Below, in pieces: positions 12,295 through 23,727 of a stretch of 64,000 nt of DNA. The position numbers and the translations under genes were made by a program. Numbering within the stretch: the first letter of the stretch is position 1; the number at the start of each line of letters is the position of its first letter. The notes below the pieces were generated by a model. The model was not told the DNA's origin. It worked only from the letters and a program-made list of their open reading frames with translations, and made no database searches. Origin of the DNA: Pristiophorus japonicus (taxonomy: Eukaryota); assembly GCF_044704955.1 (NCBI RefSeq), contig NC_091997.1, positions 34,596,001 to 34,660,000 on the forward strand. Reading direction: 5' to 3'.

Positions 12295-12445
12295 AATAAA
12301 AGCAAAATACTGCGGAAATCTGACATAAAAACAGAAAATGCTGAAAACATTCAGGCAGCATCTGGGGCGAGAGAAACAGAGTTAACGTTTCGGGTCGATG
12401 ACCTTTCGTCAGAGTGTGTCTCCAGCAGTTTCTGTTTTTATTTCA
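12295..12445 (-). mobile_element. Penelope pLTR fragment with hammerhead core and short inverted arm
   Basis: Minus strand reads CTGACGA-AAGGTC-atc-GACCC-GAAACGTTAACT. ATAAAAACAGAAAATGCTG and CAGCAGTTTCTGTTTTTAT form inverted arms. Confidence 0.7.
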
Positions 12446-13249
12446 CAACAGGAACAGCCTCTCCTTTCACATGTTTGAATTTTTCTTTTCTCAGGAGTGG
12501 GATTTGAACTGATGTTCTCACTGGGATTAATTAGACCAGGCCGCTGGATTACTAGTCCAGCAAAATAAACACCACACAACACTCCCTGTACCCCTGTTTA
12601 ACTCGAATCGTCCTGAGATGGGCAATCTCAATGGGGCAACAAAAACCCAAACAAAGAAAGTAAGATGGGAGATTAAGAAAGGCAGATTGACCAGGGGACC
12701 TGGATAGGGAACTCACGGGCAGGAATGGAAAACCCCTGCATCCTACAACACGGGTGGCCGGACCACTCACTCACAATGATTCTCACAAACCTTTTACAAT
12801 TTCCCAAATTAAACTATTTTTTGAACATTTTGTGAATAGAAAAAAAAAATTCAATCTTCATAATAAAATGAATAGGGCAGATACACGGAGGGCATGTCGT
12901 GCTAGATAACGGGAACAGACCCTCACAGGGGGCAGTTATTGTATGTGGGACATAGTTAGTGAGGTGACGCAGGGCAGGTGGGGTAACCAATAGAACCCGC
13001 CCCCAATCGCAACCCCCACCTCCCGACACCCAGGGGGAGACTGTTCCACACGGGGCAGGCAGTAGGTTGTCCCCGAGGCCGAATGGTCTTTTTTCCACGT
13101 TAGACAGCGAGTGGGGCAGGTGGTCCGATATCGGGAGGCCTGGAACTCGAATCTGACCAGTTCCATATCCGCGCAGTTCCCAGAGAGGGGAAGGCGCCGA
13201 CTGGACAAGGAGCCAGGAACCCCGCCCAGTACCCCCCCCCCGCCAACCT

Positions 13250-13961
13250 CGGGTTCCCAACTCTGGCTGGACACATTCCTCATCATCATAGGCAGTTCCT
13301 CGGAATCGAGGAAGACTTTCTTCCACTCCCAAAGTGAGTTCTTTTGGTGGCTGAACAGTCTAATATGAAAGCCACAGACCCTGTTACAGGTGGGACAGAC
13401 ATTCGTCGGGAGAAGGGGTGGGTGGGGCTGGCTTGCCGCGCGCTCCTTCCGCTGTCTACACTTGACCTCGTCACGCTCTTTACGTTGGGACCCGAAGAGC
13501 TCAACGCCCTCCAGGATGCACTTTCTCCATCTCGGTCTTCGGCCAGGGTCTCCCAGGTTCCATCAGTTAGAGGTGGGCGGTCATGTAATGAAACCTCCAC
13601 ATTCCTGGAGATTTCATCACATGACCGCCCACCTCTAACTGCCCTGCCCCCACCTCTCCCACCATTGGTCGCCTGACATGCCCTTTCTCGCGGTGCCCTG
13701 CTTCCCCACAGCCAATCAGAACGGGAATAGACTCTTCGTTACCTGATTTGATGATTCCTGGCTGTCAGTCAAACAATCTTTATCCCCCAATCTCAAATAT
13801 TTTATTATAACTAATAAACAAAACCGTTCAAAGAAAACACTATTTTTTTGAAAGGCCCTCTCTATGATGTTTCTCCCGGGTTTGCTGCCAGCAGTGTGCG
13901 CTGGAGATTGATCGTCAATTCCTCGGGACTCCAGGTCAATCCTGCAGGGTTGGTGACCCCC
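13250..13961. mobile_element. hAT-type MITE interrupted by a minus-strand RTE fragment (13281-13560)
   Basis: GGGTTCCCAAC...GGTTGGTGACCCC ends homologous to the element at 27719-28038. RTE tail CATCATCATAGGCAG; CACATTCCT duplicated at 13272-13280 and 13598-13606. Confidence 0.65.
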
Positions 13962-13989
13962 ACTCTGAACCAAAAGGCAGTGAGGCTCC

Positions 13990-15035
13990 TTTTCAGAATG
14001 GCAGGCAGTGACAAGTGGGGGTACCACAGGGCTCAGTGCTGGGACCCCAGCTATTTACAATATATGTCAATGATTTAGATGAAGGAATTGAGTGTAATAT
14101 CTCCAAATTTGGAGATGGCACTAAGCTGGGTGGCAGTGTGAGCTGTGAGGAGGAAGCTAAGAGGCTGCAGGGTGACTTGGACAGGTTAGGTGAGTGGGCA
14201 AATGCATGGCAGATGCAGTATAATGAAGATAAATATGAAGTTATCCACTTTGGTGGCAAAAACAGGAAAGCAGAATATTATCTGAATGGTGACAGATTAG
14301 GAAAAGGGGAGGTGCAATGAGACCTGGGTGTCATGGTACTTCCGTCATTGAAGGTTGGCATGCAGGTACAGCAGGTGGTGAAGAAGGCAAATGGCATGTT
14401 GGCATTTATAGCGAGAGGATTTGAGTATAAGAGCAGGGAGGTCTTACTGCAGTTGTACAGGGCCTTGGTGAGGCCACACCTTGAATATTGTGTACAGTTT
14501 TGGTCTCCTAATCTGAGGAAGGACATTCTTGCTATTGAGGGAGTGCAGCGAAGATTCACCAGACTGAATCCCGGGATGGCAGGACTGACATATGAAGAAA
14601 GACTGGATCGACTAGGCTTATATTCACTGGAATTTAGAAGAATAAGAGGGGATTTCATAGAAACATAAAATTCTGATGGGATTGGACAGATTAGATGAAT
14701 GTTCCCGATGTTGGGGAAGTCCAGAACCAGGGGTTACAGTCTAAGGATAAGGGGTAAGCCATTTAGGACCAAGATGAGGAGAAACTTCTACACTCAGAGA
14801 ATTGTGAACCTGTGGAATTCTCTACCACAGAAAGTTGTTGAGGCCAGTTCGTTACATATATTCAAAAGGGAGTTAGATGTGGTCCTTACAACTAAAGGGA
14901 TCAAGGGGTATGGAGAGAAAGCAGGAATGGGATATTGAAGTTGCATGATCAGCCATGATCATATTGAATGGTGGTGCAAGCTCGAAGGGCCGAATGGCCT
15001 ACTCCTGCACCTATTTTCTATGTTTCTATGTTTCT
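13990..15035 (+). mobile_element. CR1 LINE, 5'-truncated
   Basis: RT motifs GVPQGSVLGP and LVRPHLEYCVQFWSP; TTTCTATG tail repeats. Confidence 0.9.
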
Positions 15036-15402
15036 AATTTGGAACCTCCTGTCGCCCGGATGTGATCCACAAACCGGGGCGAGGGAACCAGGAGGCTTCC
15101 TAATCTCTACGACTCACCGCCCAAACCAGCCATCAGTCGAGCTCTCTCTTGTAAGAAAATCTAACTTCCTCCCCCTCCCCCTTAATCACTAAACAGACCC
15201 TCCATCCCAAACAAAAAGGTTGTGGGGGTTGAAGATTTGGCCAAGTGCCGAAGAGGAGGGGTGAAGCCAAACGTGCTGGGGATTCATGGCCGAGGTCCGA
15301 CTCCTCGAACGCCTGGTCCTTGAGCATCCCCCGATTTGAACCGCTCCACCATTGGCGGCCGTGCCTTCAGCTGCCTGGGCCCCAAGCTCTGGAATTCCCT
15401 CC

Positions 15403-16112
15403 TGTAATGTAAGCACCTGTGAGGATGCTCACAGGTTTGAAGAGCTGTTGCCATCATTTGAAGGGGCTGCTCCTCAAATTCTGGTTGGACTTCAGTCCCA
15501 CGCTCCTGATCTTTGGGCATCCTGTGCGAAGGGGAGCGGGCAGGTCGGAAGGCCTCTTCGTGGGCCTGCTCCTGGGCATGGCCAAGGTGGCTATTAACTG
15601 GTCCAGGCAGTGGGCGGTCAAGGTGGTCGATCAGCCTGACTGCCTGCCTCTCTTCCGCGGTTACATCCAAGCCATGGTGGCCCTGGAGATGGAGCATGCA
15701 GTGTCCACCGGTACGCTCATGGCCTTCCGCGAGAGGTGGGCGCCGGAGGGACTGGAGTGCATCATCACCCCCGGCAACCGAATTTTAATTTGATCTGTTA
15801 GTGTCTAAAGTTTAATTTGTTCATTTGTTGGTTTTGGTGCCCCTTTAATAAGGGGGAATTTGATTTACAGGTTCAACTAAAATAATTGTAGAGCTGTTGC
15901 ATTGTGAGTGGCTTAGCCAGTCACGTGATGTTCTCAAGACTCAATAAAACCCCAGTCAGTTGGGTCTAGGTCATCCACGATGAGGTATGCAGTTGTGAGC
16001 CTGTTGGATGTAGTGTGATTGTTAAACCTTTCTTAACAAACCAACTAGTTCTTAATAGCAATGTGTTGCTATGAATTTTTAAGCAAAGAACCCATGAAGC
16101 AAACACATTACA
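15403..16112 (+). mobile_element. Solo LTR (TGTAATGT...ACATTACA) with perfect 5-bp TSD CCTCC, inside an L2 tail
   Basis: TSD at 15398-15402 and 16113-16117; AATAAA inside. Uninterrupted reverse-orientation copies at ~26928-27200 and 54271-54543. Confidence 0.85.
15452..15886 (+). mobile_element. Tx1/L1-clade LINE 3' fragment nested in the solo LTR
   Basis: ORF end LKGLLLKFWLDFSPTLLIFG...AFRERWAPEGLECIITPGNRILI*. 14-bp TSD TGAAGAGCTGTTGC (15438-15451) / TGTAGAGCTGTTGC (15887-15900). Clade assignment from recognition of the ORF2 C-terminus. Confidence 0.7.
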
Positions 16113-16305
16113 CCTCCCTAAACCTCTTCGCATTTAAGTCGTTCCTTAAAATGTAAATATTTTCTTTATGAGGCTCGGTGTTAAATTTCTGTCTGATAAT
16201 CTCTTCCTGTGAAGCGCCTTGGGACCATTTTAACTATGTTAAAGGCGCTATATAAATGCATGTTGTAGTTGGACCACCATAGAGCCCTCATTGATTGTAT
16301 CGGAT

Positions 16306-17620
16306 AAGAACATAAGAACATGAGTAGGCCATCTAGCCCCTCGAGCCTGCTCCGCCATTCAAAAAGATCATGGCTGATCTGGCCGTGGACTCAGCTCCAC
16401 TTACCCGCCCGCTCCCCATAACCCTTAATTCCCTTATTGGTTAAAAATCTATCGATCTGTGATTTGAATACATTCAATGAGCTAGCCTCAACTGCTTCCT
16501 TGGACAGAGAATTCCACAGATTCACAACCCTCTGGGAGAAGAAATTCCTTCTCAACTCGGTTTTAATTTGGCTCCCCCGTATTTTGAGGCTGTGCCCCCT
16601 AGTTCTAGTCTCCCCTACCAGTGGAAACAACCTCTCTGCCTCTATCTTGTCTATCCCTTTCATTATTTTTAATGTTTCTATAAGATCACCCCTCATCCTT
16701 CTGAACTCCAACGAGTAAAGATCCAGTCTACTCAATCTATCATCATAAGGTAACCCCCTCATCTCCGGAATCAGCCTAGTGAATCGTCTCTGTACCCCCT
16801 CCAAGGCTAGTATACCCTTCCTTAAGTAAGGTGACCAAAACTGCACGCAGTACTCCAGGTGCGGCCTCACCAATACCCTGTACAGTTGCAGCAGGACCTC
16901 CCTGCTTTTGTACTCCATCCCTCTCGCAATGAAGGCCAACATTCCATTCGCCTTCCTGATTACCTGCTGCACCTGCAAACTAACTTTTTGGGATTCATGC
17001 ACAAGGACCCTAAAAGAGTTTCATGCACAAGGACCCCCAGGTCCCTCTGCACCGCAGCATGTTGTAATTTCTCCCCATTCAAATAATATTCCCTTTTACT
17101 GTTTTTTTTCCCAAGGTGAATGACCTCACATTTTCCGACATTGTATTCCATCTGCCAAACCTTAGCCCATTCGCTTAACCTATCTAAATCTCTTTGCAGC
17201 CTCTCGGTGTCCTCTACACAACCCGCTTTCCCACTAATCTTTGTGTCATCTGCAAATTTTGTAACACTACACTCTGTCCCCTCTTCCAGGTCATCTATGT
17301 ATATTGTAAACAGTTGTGGTATCAGCACCGATCCCTGTGGCACACCACTAACCACCGATTTCCAACCCGAAAAGGACCCATTTATCCCCACTCTCTGCTT
17401 TCTGTTAGCCAGCCAATTCTCGATAAATGCTAATACATTTCCTCTGACTCCGCGTACCTTTATCTTCTGCAGTAACCTTTTGTGTGGCACCTTATCGAAT
17501 GCCTTTTGGAAATCTAAATACACCACATCCATCGGTACACCTCTATCCACCATGCTCGTTATATCCTCAAAGAATTCCAGTAAATTAGTTAAACATGATT
17601 TCCCCTTCATGAATCCATGT
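16306..17620 (-). mobile_element. CR1 LINE, 5'-truncated
   Basis: ORFs 16960-17736 and 16391-17002 with HGFMKGKSCLTNL, YLDFQKAFDKV, GVPQGSV and KFADD; (TTCTTATG) tail. Confidence 0.92.
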
Positions 17621-17949
17621 GAATAAGAAGATAGTTGCCCGGGATAGCCTGCATTATCCGCCATAACGGAGGGCCCTCCCCCGCACTCGAATAATCGAGT
17701 ATCGAAATGGTCCAGCAACAGATGAAGTGATGTCATCTTTCTCGGAGCAAGGCTGGTGTTGGTCAGTCAGGCGGTGGTTGCTGGATTGTGTAACTGGGCT
17801 GCGTCTACCAAAATTCCCCGGGCCCCTCGGGAAGGTGGATAACTATTGTGCGGGTCCAAGGACCGAAGATTAAAAATGCAAGCGATTGTCCAGGGATGGG
17901 GTGGGCTGGAAGGTCTGTTCCTATCGCGTCACCTTATTCCAACAGACAA

Positions 17950-17955
17950 TTTAAT
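17950..17955 (-). terminator. Candidate PNPO polyadenylation signal ATTAAA
   Basis: ATTAAA on the minus strand about 100 nt after the PNPO stop. No transcript evidence. Confidence 0.35.
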
Positions 17956-18055
17956 GTGAAACGTGTCAGTGCTTGAAGAATTTGAAAGAGAAATCCATTA
18001 TTCTCTGACTGGAATGAGTAGTTTGAAGACTGAGTTTCGATGGCAGTGACAGTTG

Positions 18056-18221
18056 TCACGGTGATAGTCTCTTATACACCCAATCACCTTCAGCCTTGTG
18101 AATCATGGAAGGTTCTCGATCTTGCCCCTCCTGCAAACGCTGGAACAGGATTCGGTCGTGCAGACGGTTGGTCTGTCCTTGCCAGAACTCAATAGTGTTG
18201 GGCTCCAGGAGGTAACCGCCC
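18056..18221 (-). CDS. PNPO: Pyridoxine/pyridoxamine 5'-phosphate oxidase, coding exon 7 (last)
   Basis: ttttgaag|G GGC GGT TAC...: (W)[26 protein letters not shown]...WVYKRLSP*, containing the PNPO signature EFWQGxxxRLHDR. Confidence 0.96.
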
Positions 18222-19118
18222 CTTCAAAACAACAGCATACGTAGAATTACATCGCGTGTACAGCCCAGAAACAGGCCATTCGGCCCCCACGGGTCCGTGC
18301 CGGGGTTTATGCTCCACACCAGCCCCCTTCCACCCCTCTCCATCTCACCCTATCACCATATCCCTCTATTCCTTTCTCCCTCGTGTGTTTATCTAGCCTC
18401 CCCTTAAATACATCTCTGTTATTCATCTCAACCCCTCCCTGAGGCAGCAAGTTCCACATTCATAGAAGAATAGAATCATAGAAATTTACAGCACGGAAGG
18501 AGGCCATTCGGCCCATCGTGTCCGCGCCGGCCGACAAAGAGCCATCCAGCCTAATCCTACTTTCCAGTTCTTGGTCCGTAGCCCTGCAGGTTACAGCACT
18601 TCAAGTGCACATCCAAATACTTTTTAAATGTGGTGAGGGTTTCTGCCTCTACCACCCTTTCAGGCAGTGAGTTCCAGACCCCCACCACCCTCTGTGTGAA
18701 AAAAACTCCTCTCTGACCACTCTCTAGGTAAAGACGTTTCTCCTGAATTCTTGATTGGATTTATTAGTGACGTCCATGTCTAAATGCACTGGCGTATGCG
18801 AAAAAATTCTGCTCGAACGTTAGAGGTCAAAGTTCAGGCTCATGACCCCTCCCTATCTCTGTAACATGGGACCAGACTGGGTAAGGACGGCAGATTTCCT
18901 TCCCTAGAGGGACATTGGTCAACCAGTTGGGCTTTTATGACACCCCAACAGCTTCATGGTCACTTTTACTGGCTTATAGTTCCAGATTTATATTAGCTGA
19001 ATTCTCAGACTGCCGTGGTCATGTTCTCTAGGTTTACCAGTCCAGTAATATAATCACTACACTGACCGTGCCCCCAGAAGGGAAGGGCTTGCTCGGTCAG
19101 CTCTCAGTCATCACTCAC

Positions 19119-19189
19119 CAGTACTCAGGCATCGGTACCTCCCTCTCTTTGTACAGCTCCTCTAGTTGGGCGTTCTTCTTCCTTAGAAA
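19119..19189 (-). CDS. PNPO: PNPO coding exon 6 (71 bp)
   Basis: ccag|FLRKKNAQLEELYKEREVPMPEYW|gtgagt; phases match the neighbouring exons. Confidence 0.95.
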
Positions 19190-19289
19190 CTGGGAAGAGG
19201 ACAGCAATAAGTGGATGTCACACTGGGGGAACCGTAAAGCTTGGGCCAGACGCCGTCCGGAGTAACCGTGTCCAGTTCTGAGCCCCACC

Positions 19290-19765
19290 CCTCAGGGAGG
19301 ATATATTCACCAGAATGGTACTGGGGCTGAAAGGGTTAAATTCTGAAAGCAGATTACACAGAGTAGTTCCTCGAGTGTAGAAGATTAAGAGGGCGATCTA
19401 ATTGAAGTGTTTAAAATGATTAAAGAATTCGATAGGGTAGAGAGAGAAACTATTCCCTCTGATGGGGAGAGTCCAGAACAAGGGGGCATCACCTTAAAAT
19501 TAGAGCCAGGCCATTCAGGGTGATGTCAGGAAGCGTTTCTTCACACAAAGGGCAGTGGGAATCTGAAACTCTCCCCCCAAAAAAGTTGTTGAGGCTCGGG
19601 GGGTCAATTGAAAATTGCAAATCTGAGATTGATAGATTTTTGTTGGGCGAGGGTATTAAGGGTCACGGAACCAAGGCGGGTAGATGGAGTTAAGGTACAG
19701 ATCAGCCGTGATCTGATTGAATGGCGGAACAGGCTCGAAGAGCCGAATGGCCTCCTCCTGTTCCG
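19290..19765 (+). mobile_element. CR1 LINE 3' fragment
   Basis: GATCTAATTGAAGTGTTTAAAAT...CCGAATGGCCTCCTCCTGTTCC. Confidence 0.75.
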
Positions 19766-21123
19766 ATCTTCACTTGCTGCCTTGTTGTGGTGAGAGGATG
19801 GGGGAACGCTCCGCAGATTTAGTTTGAAAGATTCCCCTGTGTCTTGGACATGGTGTGCCCAGCAATGTCGAACCACGCGAGGCATCACGACTGCCCCTGA
19901 GCCCGTTCTTACCCCATGTCACTCATGCACTTTCCCGGGGGAGGGCTGGGGTTGAACTCAACCAGGAATACTGGCTAACTTTTCCTGCTCCACACTCAGG
20001 TGCTGAGGCCAATTGTAGCGCCCCCTGCTGCTGCTCAGCTAACACTACAGACCGGGGACCTTCCTCGTCAAGGCTCGTTATGACACTGGGTGGGGCATTT
20101 ACCAACCGAGTCATCATGGTTGGGGGGGGGAGGGGGGAGGTGAATAAGGTGGGGACACACTAATATAATTGGCCTATACACAGTAAATCACATGAAAATC
20201 AAACAGCCCCATCAAAACCACAAATCACTGCCCAACCCTCCCTCAGGGAAATTATTTAATAACTAGTTAAGCTATCATCAGCTACACGACAAGAACACGA
20301 TACAGAGACACGCAAGGGGTGGGGGAATTGATCAGGGTTGCTGCTTCTGATTGCTGTCCAGTGACTCTTGATGCAGAGCACATGTGTGCGTGCATGACTG
20401 TGTGTGTGTGTGTGTGAGAGCTGGCGAGCGTGTTACAGCGTGAGTCCGTGTGCACGTGAGTGGAAGAGCATAATTACGTGCAAGTGTGTGTGAGTGTGTG
20501 CATGTGTGATGGCAGGAGAGGCCAGGTCAGCTTTGGTTGTGATGCACCCTGCAGTGGGATAGCCCGATGACAATCACTGTCTTGGCTTCTACAGGAAAGC
20601 CGGTCCGAGGGGGAGGGTCTGCGGGGGGTGGGGGGTGGCATCTGTCAGCTCCAGGGGAAGAGAGGGAAAAACAGAGACTTTTTTGGGGAAATGACAATAA
20701 GTGACTGAATTTATAGAATACTCAGCTCGGTTATTCATTAAGCTCACATTCTTCCTGCACAGGGCCCTAGGCTGGTAAAATATAAGCCGTCTCCTTGGCA
20801 ACGGCACATTCCCACTCTTGCAAAAAGTGCAAGATGCGAGGGAGATGACGGGAAAGGTTTCTGCACAGTGACTGTGGCCACTGAGCTGGGAGCTCGGCAC
20901 GGGCTGGAGTGAAGAAATGATCCACAGGCCATGATCGGGCGGGTGGTGCGAGGGGCCGATGAGATGGGTGGGGGGGGGGACTCGATGGGTGACTGTGGAG
21001 CAACAGACCCGGGGTGAATGGTTGAGCTGTGAGGGTGCTGAAAATTCTGAGGTTTTGCTCCATTCCCTTTGGCAATCAGGAACCGTTTATACAAAACTTC
21101 AACCCAGGAGATGCAATGGGATT

Positions 21124-21262
21124 TGGGCTGTGGGAGGAGATTCAATGGGTGGGTGGGTGGAGTCAGTGATAGGGGAGTGTGTCCATGGGCTGTGGGAGGA
21201 GATTCAATGAGTGGGTGGGTGGAGTCAGTGATAGGGGAGAGTGTCCATGGGCTGTGGGAGGG
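21124..21262. repeat. 62-bp tandem duplication (~2.2 copies) in PNPO intron 5
   Basis: TGGGCTGTGGGAGGAGATTCAATG.GTGGGTGGGTGGAGTCAGTGATAGGGGAG.GTGTCCA repeated. Confidence 0.85.
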
Positions 21263-21346
21263 ATTGGTTGTATGGCCTTTACTAGCTCCATGCTTTCCTC
21301 TGTTACACCCACCGTAACCGAGGCCCATGCGGTTCTGTGCACACAC

Positions 21347-21475
21347 CTCTCTGTCCGGGATCACCGTGCTCTGACGGCTAATCGCGGCACCAATCTGGCT
21401 GCTCTTGGGCCGGGAATGGAAGTACTCCTCGGAATCCTTGTCTGGTAATCTTGCCACACGCCCTTCTATACGCAC
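21347..21475 (-). CDS. PNPO: PNPO coding exon 5 (129 bp)
   Basis: cttag|[43 protein letters not shown]|gtgtgt. Confidence 0.97.
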
Positions 21476-21569
21476 CTAAGGAGAGTGAGTATTCGTGGTC
21501 AGTCTCTCTGCCCAATTGACGTACCGGCAAGTGGAACAGGACCACAGAGGCAGCAACATGCTCAACATA

Positions 21570-22085
21570 TTATAAACAGGATACAGAGGCACTGGAGAGG
21601 GTGCAGAGAAGATTTACAAAGATGATACCAGGAATGCGAGGGTATACATATTAGGAAAGGGTGAACAGGCTAGGTCTCTTTCCCTTCAAAAGAGAAGGCT
21701 GAGGGATGACCTAATAGAGGTCTTTAAAATGCTGAAAGGTTTTGATAGAGTGGATACAGAGAGAATGTTTCCACTTGTGGGGAAGAGCAAAACTAGAGGC
21801 CATCAATATAAGATAGTCACCAAGCAATCCAATGGGGAATTCAGGAGAAACCTCTTTACCCAGAGAGTGGTGAGAATGTGGAACTTACTGCCACAGGGAG
21901 TGGTTGAGGCGAATAGTATCGATGGATTTAAGGAGAGGCTGGACAAGCATATGGGGGAGAAGGGAATAGAGGGTTATGCTGATAGAGTTAGATGAGGAAA
22001 GACGGGAGGAGGCTCGAGTGGAGCATAAATGTCGGCATGGACTGGTTGGGCCGAATGGCCTGTTTCTGTTCCGTATCCTGTGTAA
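21570..22085 (+). mobile_element. CR1 LINE 3' fragment
   Basis: ORF 21729-21995 TRGHQYKI...FTQRVVRMWN. Confidence 0.8.
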
Positions 22086-22503
22086 ATTAAAAAGAAAACA
22101 TCACACTGAGCATGCTCCGTGGGGTCCAGGATCCAGCTCGGGTGGGGGGAGCAGCGGATGGTTGACTGGATAGACATCAGGACCAGGATCCTTGGCTGAT
22201 TTTGTTCCCTGCTCTAACACAGTGGGGCGGTTGTAGCGCCTCCTACTGGTGTGAGCAGCTAGGGTGTCAGCATTGACTCGGTGGGCAGCACTCTCGCCTT
22301 TGTGTCAGAAGGTCGTGGGTTCAAGCCCCACTCCAGTACTTAGGTATATAATTGGTTCCGATGTGTTTTGGGGCGCCTTGAGGAAATGAAAGGCATTATA
22401 TCAATGCACGTTCATTCTGTCAGACACAATTAGTGAGAATTAAATGCGGGAGTGAAAGAAAGGTACATTTAAAAAATGAATAAATATGTAAATGAGAACG
22501 TAC

Positions 22504-22557
22504 TTGCCTATTAAGGGCCTCCCAGTAAAAGACGATTGCTGCAACTGGATTGGTTTC
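22504..22557 (-). CDS. PNPO: PNPO coding exon 4 (54 bp)
   Basis: ttctccag|ETNPVAAIVFYWEALNRQ|gtacgt. Confidence 0.96.
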
Positions 22558-23067
22558 CTGGAGAAAGACAGCAATATTAGCATGTTGTGCAGTCCTGGCC
22601 TAAATTAACTGTGATTGATGATGAATAAATGATGGTGAGGTGTGACTGAGTGTTATACTGAGGGCGAGGTTTAAGAAAGAAAGACTTGCAAAGCTTTTCA
22701 CGACCACCAGATGTCCCAAAGCGCTTCACAGCCAATGAAATGCCCCAGCAGGCCACTCAGTCACCACACGGACTGCAGCGGTTCAAGAAGGCGGCTCACC
22801 ACCACCTTCTCAAGAGGCAATTAGGGATGGGCAATAAATACCAGCCTTGCCAGCAACGCCCACATCCCAGGATGAATTTTAAAAAATGACTTTTTGAATT
22901 GTAGAACCTGTTGTAATATGGGAAATGCGTCAGCCAATCTGCGCACAGCAAGCTCCCACAAACAACAATGAGATAAATGTGTTATAACGAGGTGAGGTTT
23001 AGAGAGTTGAGAATGAGGCTTGCGATTTGCAATTGGTACACAGCTGACCAATTGAGCACCTACTCAC

Positions 23068-23167
23068 CAGCTCCTTGCCCTTCCTGCTCTCATAGTTTGT
23101 GTAGAATCTGAAGCCATCGGGCCCAAACCCTTTCAGAAGCAGCATTCGAGCAGACGGCCTTCCGTCC
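23068..23167 (-). CDS. PNPO: PNPO coding exon 3 (100 bp)
   Basis: ttttctag|(R)[33 protein letters not shown]|gtgagt, carrying the FMN-binding motifs. Confidence 0.97.
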
Positions 23168-23394
23168 CTAGAAAAGACACAGAAACAGAGAACCTGAAAT
23201 AACTAAAACCCGCTTTGAAATCCCATCGTGAATTCTATCCCTTCTCCAACTAATTACAACGTCGGTTTCTCAGTCAATCGAACAACACGTGGCTGAGGAT
23301 TCACACCATCGTGCTATAATTGTGTTTGGCTTTGCCCTATCATCAAACTCCCACTGATCAAACGGTAAACCCATCACGGCTCATTAGCGGTTAA

Positions 23395-23710
23395 TATGGT
23401 ACGGTAGCAGAGTGGTTACATTACTGGGCCAGTAATCCTGAGGCCTGCACTAGTGATCTGAGACAAGAGTTCAAATTCCACCATGGCAGCTGGGGAATTT
23501 AAATTCAGTTAATTAAATAAATCTGGAATAAAAAGCTGGAGTCAGTAATGGTGACTAATGTCCTTCAGGGAAGGAAATCTGCCGGCCTTATCTGGTCTGG
23601 GCCTATATGTGACTCCAGACCCACAATGTGGTTGACTCTTAACTGCCCTCAGAAATGGCGGCTCACCACCACCTTCTTGAGGGCAATTAAAGACAGGCAA
23701 TAAATAACTG
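23395..23710 (+). mobile_element. tRNA-headed SINE (family B)
   Basis: GGTAGCAGAGTGG...GAGTTCAAATT head and a LINE-derived GCTCACCACCACCTTCT tail. Confidence 0.65.
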
Positions 23711-23727
23711 AGTTGTTACAGAGTATT

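Noticed and set aside
12960-13020. Isolated CCAAT + GC box
   Set aside because: No downstream exon or ORF that I can support; too little evidence for a promoter.
20744-21346. 243-aa ORF extending PNPO exon 5
   Set aside because: PNPO similarity ends at the GT donor (21346); the rest is intronic low-complexity sequence.
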